Positions 1-13,119 of a stretch of 64,000 nucleotides of DNA are shown here, piece after piece. The stretch covers positions 310,001 through 374,000 of the forward strand of contig JAHDYR010000002.1 of assembly GCA_019828565.1 (NCBI GenBank), in the 5' to 3' direction. Source of the stretch: Carpediemonas membranifera BICM. Taxonomy: Eukaryota; Protista; Fornicata. Numbering within the stretch: the first letter of the stretch is position 1; each line of letters opens with the position of its first letter. Position numbers and translations under genes: made by a program. The notes under the pieces were generated by a model, which saw only the letters and a list, made by a program, of their open reading frames with translations, was not told the origin of the DNA and made no database searches.

Positions 1-463
1 CGATCATTCTCGACGTTGTGGTCTCGCTGTGGCCAGAAACAACCCAGAATGTCTCGAAATTGGCGAATTCTGCAGCCAACTGTTGCAGTATGGAGCCGAG
101 GTGGGTCGTCGAGACGAAACTGACGGCAACCGTGGTGAGCCACTCGTCGCTGACGAGATCGAGGATGGCCTTCATGCGCTTGTGGTACCCCTCGGAGCCA
201 GCAAGCCCGGTGACAGTGAAGACCGGGTTCGCACAAGTAGGTGCTTCGAAGCCATGGACTGGCTCGAGCAGGATAACGATGCGGCGGTTCACAAGCTTGC
301 TCAGGGTGAAGGGGCAGTCATGCGTGTACCTGATTCCGTCATATTCCTTCAGCCCTTGGTTGCGAAGGTCAGAACGCGGCCTAGTGATTCCACAGACGCA
401 TTCATACGTGAGAGGATGGTCGCTGATGCGTCTGGTACCGAATTTGCCAAATTTCCTCTCCAT
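1..463 (-). CDS. Hypothetical protein, runs off the window edge (MERKFGKFG...FWVVSGHS)
   Basis: Manual translation: open frame from ATG 463 to base 1, divergent from the SET gene. Not in the ORF track because there is no stop in the window. Confidence 0.5.
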   Translation of the reverse strand, partial: MERKFGKFGTRRISDHPLTYECVCGITRPRSDLRNQGLKEYDGIRYTHDCPFTLSKLVNRRIVILLEPVHGFEAPTCANPVFTVTGLAGSEGYHKRMKAILDLVSDEWLTTVAVSFVSTTHLGSILQQLAAEFANFETFWVVSGHSETTTSRMI

Positions 464-649
464 TTGGCAACTACCACTTTTTTTTTCCAACACTGGTAGT
501 TGGCCGAACCAGCTATAGGGAAGGATATGGACCACAATAAGCAAGCATTCTGGTGTTACAGATAAGATATTGTATGTGTGTCCTTTACGGTGTGAGACGG
601 CCCCATCAATCCCGAGAAATACCGCGTGTCCGTTTGCAAAAAAAATCAG

Positions 650-1459
650 ATGGCGAGAAGAAAGGCGCTCCCACCAAAGCCGCAGCCTGGGGGTATCAGA
701 ATACCCATTACGTCCACTGCGGGCAAGACGCCGCCGTCTGCGCCTTCAAATGATTCTCAGGAGGATTCCTCAAGCGAAGATTCCATCATTGAATCCGTTG
801 TGCATACTCAGGCACTGCATCCGGATCTGGTCGCCGCGATCTACCCAAACACTCCCGAGGAGTCGATCAGGGAGCTTAAGGAGGCCGAGAAGGACCTTCC
901 TCCCCTCGAACCCCCGAGTTGGTTATCCACCCGGCTGACCCACCCCTCCATTGCCGTTGAGGTGCAGCCTTGTCTGGCTCCCCGACCACACGGACGTGGG
1001 TAGAGGCCTCATTGCAACTGCCGCAATTGAGCCCGGAAAGCTCCTCGGCATTTACGCCGGTAGGATTGTGTCCGACGAGGACTACCACGCGAATAACAGC
1101 AACATGGTGTTTGTTCATTGTTCATTATGCCTTTACACAGCATTTCATTCGACGCTAGCAACCTTCACGTCGACGCCGGCGAAGGTGAAGGCATTGGTGT
1201 ACACCTCATCAACCACAGTGAGAGTGACACCAACTGCCAGTTCACCAACCGTTTGCTCAAGGACCTTCCAGTCCTTGCGGTTGAGTCGACGAACGTCATT
1301 CAGGCCGAAGAGTTTCTTCGTATCAGTTACGGCGAGATCTTCTTTGATGCGGGTGAGGTCTTAACCATTGCTAGGTTCCCGAGTCTGCCCATTTCTCATC
1401 CAAACTATCTCACAAGGTTCCTGGAGCAGTATCCGGCACTCAAGAAGCGGAAGAAATGA
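650..1459 (+). CDS. SET-domain lysine methyltransferase-like protein (intron 1109-1140; +1 C frameshift near 981)
   Basis: Motifs DVGRGLIAT..IEPGKLLGIYAG, HVDA, HLINHS and EEFLRISYG. Removing the 32-nt GTTTGT...TTTACACAG intron joins the two SET halves in frame. Confidence 0.8.
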
Positions 1460-1485
1460 ATTAAAATGTCAAAACATCTCTTTTT

Positions 1486-3664
1486 TTACTCGGGAACTCC
1501 ACGCTTAACGTCCTCGGCATCAACAACTCTCTTTTCGCGATCCTTATCGACTGCCTTGCGCTTGATATAAGTCGTATGAGCCTTTCTCTTACCACCCTTT
1601 GAACGTTTGCGGACAAATAGCGTCGCATGCTCATCCTTGACGACCACAATAGCTTGCGCCGCAGCCACATCTTCATCAGATCCACGCCGGACCATGCCGG
1701 ACTCATAAACTTCCGTCAAATGCATCCGCACAATATACTTGTCATGGTACGTCAACATCTTGACCCAGATAACGACTACAGTCTTGCTTTTCAGAGCTGA
1801 CCAGGCCATGACACCAAAGTTGCTGTACCAATCAGTGGCATCGTCGAACATCAGGGTGGGCACGAACACGTTAGACGTCTCAAGCCTCAGCCTCTCGCCA
1901 GCATCGGAGAATCCCCAGGCGCGCACCTCCTCCCTCACTGCTGCCACTTCCTCTGCCGCAAACTTCTTGTCGAACTCGCCATTCTCAACCTTCTGCAGGC
2001 AGTAGCCGATGCACAATCCATCCGGGTTGACTGCAATCTTCCGCCAACTCTTACGATCTTTGAGAACTCGCTCGCCTACCTTGTCGTACTCCACGTCGAT
2101 GTACTTCTGCCTATCAACGTCGCTCCGTAAGTATATCTGCATAGGGGGAACATTGGCAGGCGTCGGAGAGTGCTGTTTGATGATAGCCTTCATCTCTGGC
2201 GACAGACCGAGGTCGAGGGGTGGGACCGTTATGAACTTCTGGCCCCCGTACCTCATCATGGTGCTATTGATCCGAGTCCATAAGGCTCCAGTCACATTGT
2301 TCCTCTGGAACAGTACCATCAAGGCAGCGAGAGGAACGTAGCGGTCAAGCTCCACTGTTGCCTCCTCGGCGCGCCTGACAAGCTCAGCCCAGTTGTCCTC
2401 GAGTTCATCGGCGAGCGCTTCAAGCCCAGCCTCACTCGCCCGTGCCAACTCTGCTTGAGTAAACTGATGGATCGCCTGATCCTCGGCCTTCTGCTGACCT
2501 AACTCAGCTTCAAGTCTCTTCTGGGACTCCTCAGACTCTCTGTTAGCCTGTTCAAGCGCCTCCCTCGCCTCCCTCTCCTCAGCAAGCCGTTTTTATCAAG
2601 GGCTCGTACTGCTCCAACAAGCGCACAGACTCAGGGACATCATCAAGGCCTGCAATGGTGTCGTCTAGCTGCTGAAGGAGAGAACCAACGGTGTCTGTGT
2701 CGTCCACATCGGACTCTACGTCGATGTCTTGATCAGTCTGGGGCAAAGGAACGCCGTCACCCCTGCATGGCGGCCGGTTCAGAGTGGTCATCAGACTCGG
2801 ACTCGTCAGTGTCGGAAAATTCATCGTGTGTCGTGGACTCTGCGTCGACAACCGGAAGCGGCTGAGGGGCAGCAACGACGGAAGAAGGCTTGGTGGCTGC
2901 TGCTGAGCGATCCTGGGCCCGGACTAACTCCTCTTGGACCTTCATCAGAGCAGCAGTCGATGAGGCGAGCTCCTTCTCAAGACGAGCGATCTTCCTCTTC
3001 AGAGGAGCTGACGGATCGAGCGAACCGATCTTAGCCAACTCCTCGGCCAGCTTCTCTGAGCCAGCGAAGGACAGCTTCTTGCTGAGCTGGGCGTGGGCGA
3101 TAAACTGGCCAAATTGGCCTGCCGGAACACGAGAATCGAGTTTCTTCGAGTCCTTGTGGCGCAACACAAGGTGGAATGCGCGGTAAATCTCAACCTGCTT
3201 CTCAACAGGGGAGCGAGTCGACGCCGACTAGAGCCTTATGAACAGATTTGGCGGTGAAGTGGTCACAAAACTTCCGTCGGAATGCCTCAATTGTGTCGGG
3301 AGAGTCAAAGTCGACCTCGCAGAGGTAGTTGCGGTTAGTTGCGTCACATATCGCGCGTAGTTTGGCAACTCCATAGTCGTGAACGTGCTGGCTTAAAGTG
3401 CGCTTCAACGGGAACCCGAAAACAACGTTGATCGTACGAATGCTGATCATACGGACGCAAACGAAGAACAGAGGGTCATCAGAGACGATGCCGTGATCTT
3501 GCAGCCAGGTTATACGGCTCTTTGTGGACGAAAGGGCGTCGTATGCACGGAATGAATCATCTGTGTAAATAGGACCGTGAAAATGAAAGTGACATACCAG
3601 AATCGTCAGGAGCAAGCATTGTCTCCTTCAGTTTGCCGAGATAGATGATGTCTTCGTTAACCAT
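1486..3664 (-). CDS. Coiled-coil protein with C-terminal OTU-like cysteine protease (intron 3561-3597; three +1 homopolymer frameshifts)
   Basis: NPDGLCIGYCL (catalytic Cys) and EHATLF (catalytic His). ORFs 3202-3615, 2757-3167, 2579-2875 and 1486-2448 join by removing one base each. The intron reads GTATGT...TTTACACAG. Confidence 0.7.
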
Positions 3665-3864
3665 TGTCAATTTGGTCCTCAGAAGACTTTCTCGAAAAAT
3701 GAAATACGTTTTATCTCAATAAATATTGCCAGCTGTCATGTAAATACCTCCGATCAGCCATAAAGACCCAAGAGCTACCCCTTGGCCGATTTTCAGCTCA
3801 TTCTGCACCTGCGCTGTTTTGGCCGTTTTTCGATGGGCATCTCCTCGCTCCATTTTTCGATTTT

Positions 3865-3929
3865 TGTCAATTTGGTCCTCAGAGGACACAGATTAAATTT
3901 TTCAGTGTCCTCTGAGGACAACATTGACA
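3865..3929. repeat. ~65-bp hairpin (GTCCTCAGAGGACAC / GTGTCCTCTGAGGAC) between divergent genes
   Basis: Read directly. The left-arm start TTGTCAATTTGGTCCTCAGA is also present at ~3664, at the OTU start codon. Confidence 0.8.
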
Positions 3930-4346
3930 GGATTTGTAGCTTATCCATGGCCAGAAACTGAAATCGCTGAAAAGCTCAGAGACGTCGTTATATCATCTAT
4001 AACGGCATCTCTGAGCTTTTGGGCGCACGGTTTCATCCCTGACGTGGAGATCGATGGTGGTGAAAATGAAGAATTGACTAGGAGAGCTCTACGCTTGCAT
4101 GCAGCCTTCTATTAGGTTGTTGATGTTGGTTATATGCTTCTTTTTCGTTCTCGATGCGTGTGGATGAGTATTCTGTTGCAAGATTCATTTTGATGGACTG
4201 ATGTTGGTTATAGAGGATAAAGGCACCAGAATGGATCATATGCATGCTATAAACCCGTTCTGTGCCGTTGGAATACCATAGCTGCGCAGCAATGTCGAGA
4301 GTCACAGTTCATTTCACATTTTCACACGCATTTTAAGGAAACAACG

Positions 4347-5109
4347 ATGGCAAGAAGTAAACAAGGCAATATACAGGCCACTGAAGCTCAAAAGGAGAGG
4401 AGAATGGCTCTTGGCAAGAAAGCGCAGCAAAAGAGCCAGAGCAAGTCCAACAAGTCCACGAAAACAGCCCGAAAAAGCTCACAAGACGCCCATCGAGATC
4501 GTTCAGACCTTTATCAGCAATTTCCTCCTTAATAATGACGATATTACCCGCGCAAACGGATGGGTTGTCGACTTCAGCCAGAAGTTTGCCGCCGAGGTCC
4601 CTAAGATGAAAGTAGCCTCCTTGAAGAAGGACAAGCTCTACGGCAATCTCCAGTCGGTCGAAGAGATCAGCCGCAAGTGGCAGGGAGGCGGTGATGAGGA
4701 CAAGCGTCACCGCTTCAAGGCTCTCCTCAGTCTTGACGCCCAGACAGATGAGCTGGACACGGACGACCCACTCATCGCGACTGTCCGCGAGATGGATGAT
4801 GCCTTTCACCGCATTCCCATCGCCTACCGGGCTAAGGTCCATGCCTTCGCTGCTTCATCGTGCGGTGTGACGGTCGATGACGTCAAGCTCGTCCTGAGCA
4901 AGCCTTGCCGTGACCGCGACGCGGATCTCATCTTCGCCAGACCCACCAGAGTTCTGAAGAAGGAGGCTAAGACACTCAGTCAGCTCACTTCTGTCATTGC
5001 GAAGCGGAATGCGGAACGTGCTGAGGCTGAATCGCGTGATGTGCTGCGTCGCAAGGTATACCAAGCCATCATGAATTACTACTTAGAGTGTTCGGCACAG
5101 GAGCTATAA
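4347..5109 (+). CDS. Hypothetical basic protein (+1 A frameshift near 4475)
   Basis: ORFs 4347-4532 and 4411-5109 join. Lys/Arg-rich N-terminus; no recognised domain. Confidence 0.55.
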
Positions 5110-5133
5110 ATTCTTGTTTTATTTTCATTTCAT

Positions 5134-6059
5134 TTACACTTCTTCGTCATCCTCAACGGAAATATTCCATTCACTGTCCCAGAAGTTGGCTTTCTTCTCC
5201 TTACGCATCTCGGTCCTCGTTTCCTTGATCTCTTTGACCAGCGTGAAAGAACGAAGGTTGTAATGGCGGATAATCATCAACTTCTGCCTGATTCGGGTGA
5301 CGTTAGGCCGTTTTGCCGCACGTTCACGGCGCACGGACACACGGGTGCGTTCCACGAACGAGTCAACACTCCTCTTGTCGGAAGCAGGCATCCCATGAGC
5401 GTGCTGATCAAGTCTATTACCATGGTTGGTCACGCGGATCAACGTAGAGCCTTGCATTATCATCCCACAGCACTCTGTCAGGCTCTTGCCGAGGTTGGTC
5501 CACTTGTTGGGACCCATCGTGCCCTCCATCGTGACAATGGCAAGTGGGTTGCCCCCCGTGTCCACCAGCTGCTCGACCTGCGACGGGTCCGATGACTCCT
5601 TGAGGCCAAAGGACGCATACATGTCCTGGAGTCGCTTGTCGCACTGCAGTCGGACGAGTTCTTCGGCAGATGCTATGCTAAGAAGCACCCTCGCGAACCC
5701 AAGACCTCTGCAGGAGACGGCTGTCCGTAAGCCGATGACAAACCGCTCCTGGTGCAGTTGTCCGCTCAGGGTCTGCCCCTCCCTGTACGACTCGCGGAAG
5801 AGAAGGCATGCAGCCTTGATGTTGTCCATCTCAACCCCACGAATTGCGATGAGACTGTGTTAACAAGAAGTGTAGTGGGTCTGACATACATGACGAATGA
5901 GTAGTTCAGACAGTCGAGGTTCGAAGTCGCCAGATCTCTGTTGAAGAAGGCCCTGACAGACGGCAAGAGCTCAGACTTGTCTGAAAGCTTGACATATTGA
6001 ATATAGGCCTTGTGTTGCGATAAATTCATCGTCAGCCATGTCGGAAGTGGCGTTTCCAT
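5134..6059 (-). CDS. GNAT-family acetyltransferase (intron 5855-5889)
   Basis: GNAT motif A LRTAVSCRGLGFARVLL and motif B LQDMYASFGL. The 35-nt intron GTATGT...TTAACACAG joins the exons in frame. Confidence 0.7.
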
Positions 6060-6182
6060 TGTTTTTCACCAAACAAGTGACGTAATGTGAAAATTGTGAA
6101 ACTACCAATGTTGAAAAAAAAATTGGTAGTTGGGGGAAACACACCAAATGGGATGTACTGACCAATAAAACTCCTTTACTCA

Positions 6183-8721
6183 CTACTCAGCGCGTGCATG
6201 ACCGCAAATGCAGCAAACAAGCTCCTCACCCATGTCTGCCAACTCGCAAACCATCACCCCAGACTCTTCGTCCCATGCCAAAGCCGTATAATCGTTGACG
6301 TACTGCCACATCTCGTCAACGAGCTCCTGGAAGAGGCGCACCACCGCCGCCGTGGCATGGAATTGGTGCCTTGCCTCCATGTGGCTGCGAATGGCGAACC
6401 ATGAGCGAGCTTGTCTGCAGCATTGGTGGACTCGGACACGACGAAGCCTGTTCAGCGGGGGGACTGAGTAGTCCTGGCGACCGAACGAGCGAATACCCGT
6501 TAAGAACGTGCAGATGAGGGTGGTCTGCTCGGTCAAACACAGCTTCTCGATCATGGCCGACCTGTGCAACTCGGCTCGGACCTCCTGGTTCTTGATGAAC
6601 TCTCTCTCAAAGAACTCCTCGAGGAGGTAAAAAAGAGGAATTCGGAGATGATCGTGAAGAAGAGGCTGGGCAGTGAGCCTGCTGTTGACATAGAGTGTCT
6701 GGGCACATGGCTTCTCCGCCTTGTCTGCTTGCCCAGGAGGGAGCAACGCCAGCTTTGTCTGGTGTGCCTGCAGACTGAGCATGACGTGGAACAGGTGGCA
6801 CATGGACGCGGCCAAGAAGTGGAATGCGACTTTGCTGTCGGTGACAGGCTCGGTTGAGTAGTAAAGAGCCTGGAGATAGCCAATGAGTCGCACAATATCT
6901 TGGACGGACTCAGGAAGAGCCTCGTAATCCTCGTTCGTGGTGTTCGCCATGCGAACTCTGGCAGCAGACTGCTCGTTGCACCCGACAGTGCGGTCAATAC
7001 TGCGGTTGGATGACATGCGCTGGAGCTTGCGCTTGTCTACGGCAGTTGCGTTCCGATCAGCGGGGAAGCTGGCGCATAGCCGTGCCACTTGCTCGAGCAG
7101 GCGGTGCGAGTTGTGCATGATCGGAGGACAAAAGACAACTCGCTCCGTGTGGATGACTCGGGGCTCTGGCCGGTTCTCGAAGATGGCCCTCTTGTCGGAG
7201 AAGTTGCCATACTCCTCTTTCGGGTCCTGCACACGGTCGGGGTCGGCCTGCACGGCGTGGAACGCTGCCTTCTGCTCGAGCAAATCATGCAAGGTGACCC
7301 GAGAGTGCGCCGGAATGGGGTGCAGCGCCTTGTGGTCTCGACGGATGCTGTTGAAGGGCTGGGGATAGTGCCCTCCATTACCCTCGATGCCGGATGACAG
7401 CTTCCTGATGGCCGCGTGATCGCCCATGACGATGACTTGGTCGAAGGTGGTGACCTGGTCAGTTCCTCTGATCGGTATGAGGGCTTGATAGATCCGCTCG
7501 ACTTCTTCCTCAACGAGTTGAAGGTTTTCCCTCCTCCGTCAGCTCCTTCTCACCGGCAAGACACTCAACGAGTCGGAAGGGGGGAGTGATGCGGTTAGGG
7601 AACGTGAAGCCTGACGGGTCGTAGATGCGGATCTTGAACGTTGCGGTATGTCCCTTCCATGCGTCGAGCCACAGGAGTAGTTTTAGTGGTTGGAACTCGA
7701 CATGGCCTGGGTCCTGAAGGGCACGAGAGCAACGCTCGAAGTTCGTCTGGTCAGACTCGAGCCACTCCGGGTGAAGCACTGCCTGCTGCAGATAGTACAC
7801 GCCATCGAACCACACCGTTTCCACCTTGTCCCAGGTCGAGCTGTTCAGTCGCTTGCCCAGATGGGCGATACCTACACTGCCTTTGAGGGACTGGTAGTGC
7901 TGGACAGCGTCGGATTCGCTGTCATAGTGGAGGGTGAGCGTCGGTCGCTCCCAAGTGTGGTCGGCGACGAGGTCGTGGTCGAAAAACGGAGTCGGCTCGG
8001 CTCCGTCGGCTACAGTCAAACGGTTCGTGAGCTCAAGTCGCGACTGCGTGCCGGACATGGTACGCCGCCATGTTGTATTGCCTGAGACCGACCTGCACGG
8101 CACGAGATGCTTGACGAAGGCGCGCTCCTCCTCAGTGAGGGCCTCTGAGACACCAGATATTCTGGTCATGTCAATGCCAAGGTCCTTAATGAGCACCTCC
8201 GCGGTCTTGTTCTTCGAGATCGGCTTTCCAAGCCGGCGGGAGATGTTGTTGATGAGCTTAAAGAGCTCTTGGGTCGAGTTGAAGCCATTGCGGACGTACA
8301 TCAGGATCGATGTGAGCTCCATGATTTCAGAAAAGTTGGCGGAGCGCTCCTCTGAGTCGTTGTAGTCCTGCACAGCACGCTCCTGGATGGCGTGGGTGCG
8401 GTAATCGTCCCGTACGAAGACAGGGTGAGGAGGGTGTTGATTTCCGTGTGCGGTTGCGGCACGTTGGAAGGGACGGGAGTCTGCTGGAGGGCGGAAGAAC
8501 CTTGCGTCGTGAATGCGCTGGGAGATCAGGTCCGCCTCCTCCATCTCGCGGACGAGCTGGCAGAATTGCTCGCGCTGAGGTCTTGTTCTGGCGGAGTTGA
8601 GGCCAATTCCGACCATGGCGAAGTAGGTACAGCCAAGAAGGTAATTCATGCGCTCAACTGAGCGTGGCTGGTCATCATATATTGTACCGATGTGGCTCTC
8701 GAACACAATATGAGCAACCAT
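6183..8721 (-). CDS. Transposase of element A (~845 aa, Chapaev/Transib-like DDE; +1 G frameshift near 7530)
   Basis: Motifs WLDAWK, MGDHAA, PPIMH, RTVGCNEQ, LEEFFEREF and terminal CCIC are collinear with the B and C proteins. Confidence 0.75.
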
Positions 8722-9386
8722 GATTTCTGTAGAGTTTAAAAAAACAAGATTTTTGTACAAAAACTAGGCAGGTACATGCGCAACGGTCTGTGAGATAAAT
8801 CAGACAATTTGGCTGTTGCTATAGCTCTATAAGAGCAGCTACAACTGCGCTGCCGGGGTTCCTTCTTCTTCTCTGGCCGTTTCAACACTATTTCACAATT
8901 TCACCAGTTTCACACAATTGGTGAAACAATGTTCAGAACTCCTTCAGTTTATGGACGTTGGCTCCGAAACTAAAGCAGTGTGTGTATGAGAGTGCCTGAT
9001 TAAGATTCATCTGATTTTCATCTGCATTACTTGCGAATTTGCTGTTGTGCTCCTTGTGCACAAAAAAAAGCAAATCTGGATTTGATCTCGAATATTGCCA
9101 TGATGAAGGCGACACAAAATGCTCATTTGCCAACCAGTGCAGCTAGAAGAAAATGGTAAAAAGTTATGGATACTGCATGGGATGAGGCCCCCGTTGATGT
9201 GTTAAACGGCCATGATCGACCGCTCAACGTCAGCGCCTCTTTGGGCACCTTCTGCGGCGGTGGATCATGCCAATTGCCGATCTCAGCTCTATGGAGCTAA
9301 GTGCACTTGAGCTCTGAGCCAAGTCTTCTGATTCCATCTTATCGCCGATAAAAAAAATGCAAATTTTGAGATACAGAAGATTGAAT

Positions 9387-9469
9387 CTGTCCCCCAGAAA
9401 ACCGAACATACTCCGATGATGTATACTGACTATATACCACCGTAGTATGGCCTGCTTTCTGGGGGACAG
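9387..9469. repeat. Subterminal hairpin, 14-bp outer stem CTGTCCCCCAGAAA / TTTCTGGGGGACAG
   Basis: Read directly; inner CATACT/AGTATG pairing is also possible. Confidence 0.8.
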
Positions 9470-9807
9470 CTTCATTCTTTTGATTGGTTGATTCAGTCAT
9501 TAGTTCCCGGCGACTGAGAAGGAGTTGACGCATAAAAACAACAGAGGATACTCTTTAGAACACACAGACTTTGCTGACAAGGCCACTTGGTCGTACGACC
9601 ACTTTTGCCTTCGACCTTAAAATGCGAGAGGCAATTTGCTCGACCACCAATCTCGCACATGTTACATCAAGCATGGATATGTCATTAATGCACTCGCATC
9701 TATCATTTCAGCTGCTTCTTAGGACTTCGAACGCCCTGAAGCACGAATAAGGAATTTGCGTTTATCCTCCGTATATCCCCGGATTAACTGGCCATTCTAA
9801 CAGTATG

Positions 9808-12800
9808 TGCCTGGTGGTGTTGGCTCGTTGGGTGATATTGGAACGAGGCGGGCTAGCTCCCATGCTGGGCCCGCATGTGCCCTTGTTTGGCGTGGTGGGT
9901 GTGTCATCAGGGCCGGAAGTCCTGCTGCCGCTCGGGCCCAGGGGGGTTTCTTCTTCGTTAGTACCCAGGGCTCCATGAGATGCCCCGTCCCGTACGGGCT
10001 CTATAACTTGGGTCTGCCCCGTTGTGAGCCAGTAGTTAGTGATGTTGCGCGTCAGAAAGGAGGCAGACACCAGTTCGCGGGCAATCCTCGCGGGTGGGGG
10101 CCAGAGACGCCTGGTCTTATCCCATGCCGACCAGAGTTCGGGGAAGCCGGGGACTGACCACCGTTGGATGAGGTCTCTGACCTCCTCCCTCAGGTCTGCC
10201 TCTGCTGCCGAAGGCTCTTCTTCCAGGGGTGGGGGTGGGAAGACTGGCCTCATCACACCCTCGGTTCTGCTGTAGATGAGGATCTCCTCGACGGGGCCCT
10301 GGGTCCAGATCTGGATGGGCGTGCCGTCTGGTCTGCGGAAACCTCCCTCCGGGGGGTGAGGGGCGTGGTAGCCTTGCCCTTTGGCTAGTTCCCGGCCTAG
10401 GTCGGCCCAGAGCTTCTTGTTTTCGCGTCCTAGTGAGGGGGAGCCCTCTGGCTGCAGCTCCCGCGGAGATGGCGTGTCCGGCGGCATGGAGGAGCCACAT
10501 TGCAGCCTCCATCCCGTACTTGGTCTGGATGCCATTGCCTGAAATCGAAGAATGTCCTGCAGCTTGCAGCGATGTTGCCACGAGCTCTAGGAGGAGCGTC
10601 CTTGCGACCTTTCCCGTTCGGGCAGTGAAGTCCGTTGCGTCATCTCTGGTGAAGACCATGGCAACGTCCCTTGTGGGAATAGCCGCATCTGCTGAGGCTC
10701 TGATGCAGTCCCATTCGTCCGGTGTGGCCAGTTGCTTGCCCAGTGGCGTTAACGACTCCTTGATCCCATTTGGGGTGGTGTTTGCGCAATCCAAGGCGTC
10801 TGGGACGCTTTGGGAGCTGTTCGAGGTCATTGTGTGGCGTGGTCTCGAAAAGTCCCGGTTATGGATTCGGCCGAGATCAAGGCCCTCCTCCACGGGGAGA
10901 AGTGATGGGGTGTGTTGCTCACTAGCTGGTGCCGTCTGGCTCGTCCGGTGGGGATGTGCTACGTACTTGGAGTAGTCCGCCTGGACTCTGGGGTAGAACA
11001 CAAATTTGGGGGACCCTGGGCGAAGCCGGCTTAGTGTCTCCGCCTGCTCTAGGTCCAGCCGGTTCCCTTCAATGAATAGCCAGTATGGCTGTTGGGCGGC
11101 TTTTGTGTACCGTCTCAGGAGGGGAAGTGATGCAAACAGCTTCTTGGCCCGGCTTTTCCGGAGCTCCCCTGGGCCTTCCTTTGCTGTAAAGCTTCCCTGT
11201 TCTGGGTCTACAATCTTGTCGTATCCTATCGCGTTGCCGAGCTGGATAATGGACGTATTTGCTTTTTCCCTTCTGGTTTTCCTGAGATCCCTTCTGGGTG
11301 CAGCCTTAAGGGCGAATAAGCCATAAATCATGCTTTCTTCCCTATCTGGCATGTCCCTGTTGGGATATTCCCCTGTTTCCATTTGGAGTGGCAAAAGGCG
11401 GGAAGTGCACTTTTGCCAGCTTCTTGGAGGGGCTTGAGGAGGTTTGGTGGAGGTTCCAAGGGGCGCCAGCCAGCGATGTCCTGGTCATGTATGGCTCCTT
11501 TCCCTTCCTCAGGGCGGATGGTTCAGGGGCGAGGTATGCGAGGTTTGTTGCGGACCTTGTTTCCACACAAAACATGTCTGGCGAAAACCCAAAAGGGAAC
11601 CTTATTGCAGGGACAGGGAGCATCGCCCCACACGGGGCTGCTGTCCCTTATTCCCCATGCGTCCGTTCCATCTCTCCTTCCACCTTCACGCCTCCTCCTG
11701 GCCATTCGGCCGGCGCCTCCGCTGCCCAGCGGTCCCCAGGGGGGGAGGTGCATTACCAGGGGTTATGCACTCCGATCCCTATCGAGTCCTTGGCCCGAGT
11801 ACGGCCTGGACTCCGATTTCGGGGGCGCCGCCTCTTTCCCGGGAAGCAGGACCCTCTTCGCACTCCGACGGGGGATCCCATATTCCCCTCCGGGCCCCAG
11901 GGTAGTCCCTTGCCTTGTGGCGGCAGGGGCTTCACCCCTCCTTCTCGGGAGTCCCCGACTCCTGGCCCGGCGACTCCTCGGGGTTGGGAGGCGCATTTCC
12001 TGCGGACCATAGCTGACGATTTTGCCCAGGTGGACGTCCTGGCCAGCCGGTGGCGGGAGCGTGCCGCTGCCTTTTCCTACCTGGCTCAGAATTACCGTGA
12101 CGAGGACCTGAGTCCTCACGAGTCTAAGTCGGCTCGGGGTTTCGACGCTGAGCTGAGGGGCCAAATGCGGGTCTATAAGCGCCTTCGTGCTCGCATAGAC
12201 GCCCGGCTGCACCAGCTGGTTGCCATTCACGCCCCTCGTCCTGTGTCTTGTGGTCGCAGCCCGGTTGTTTCCTTCCTGGGTCGCGTCACTCCCAAGAGGT
12301 TGTGAGTCCTGGTAAACACCGTGATGGTTTATGCCTTTTGGCTTCGGCCGGGCGTTTCTTGTGGGGCTGTGGACGGGGCCCTCAGCGCTCCCGGTCTGTT
12401 GTCCGGTATGGCTGGTGTACTGGGGGCCTGTTGTGGTGGCCCTGTTGCCTATGCCGGCGGAGGGCGGCGATCCCGGCTCTCGTGGCGATGACGTCCACAA
12501 GCCCGGTCTTGGGCGGCATGAGAGCACGGGCGCCGGAGTAGTGTGGCCCAGTGGCCTCCCAGTGAGAGCCTATTGGCCGCCGGTCCCGGTGCTCTCGGGT
12601 TACTTTTGCCATATGGCCCCAGTTAAGTTGTCTGAGGCAATCGTGTCGCAGTGCCTCTGGGGCCTACTGCGGGTACCGGTTACGGTAGGGGTTTCAATCA
12701 TAAAGGTGGCGCAGTACGCTTGTTCGCGTTGATTTCCCTTGTGGGTTTGTGCGAGGAGCGTTTAGTTGCGTCTGGTCCCCTTGTGGGTCCCAGGAGCATG

Positions 12801-13119
12801 GGCGGTAGGTTTTGTTTGTTGTTAGAGTACTGTGTATTCTGTCAACGCTTTCCTACCGAGGCTAACTTATTCCCTTTTGGGTGGTTTTTGCCTCTGTGCA
12901 TTTTTGGGCACACGAGGACGATCATCTGTTGCTCGACATAGCTTGGCGCACGGCGAGGTATACAGGGCAGGGGAGTGGGCTCCAGGTGAGGTGGTGCGCA
13001 CCCCACCTGGAGCAGCCAGTTGTCCTCTGCCGGCCCGCTCTGGCGCTAACCTGCTTCGCAACGGGCGATCTCCTCCGGGGAGCAATTTGCTTCCCCAATG
13101 TGCCCTATGGCTAGTGGGT
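9808..13119. other. GC-rich segment with unassigned ORFs (10117-11394 -, 9762-10535 -, 11388-12305 +), contiguous with 24968-25175 once element B is removed
   Basis: The GT TSD of element B joins it to the DNA immediately 3' of the gypsy-1 integrase. No recognisable domains. Confidence 0.4.

Larger units (their letters stand above)
1..9807. mobile_element. Element A: large cargo-carrying DDE DNA transposon, left end outside the window
   Basis: Contains a transposase homologous to those of B and C, plus SET, OTU and GNAT genes. CAGTATG at 9801-9807 equals the right terminus of B and coincides with a switch to GC-rich DNA. A subterminal CTGTCCCC hairpin matches that of B. The partner TIR is not visible. 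Confidence 0.6.
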
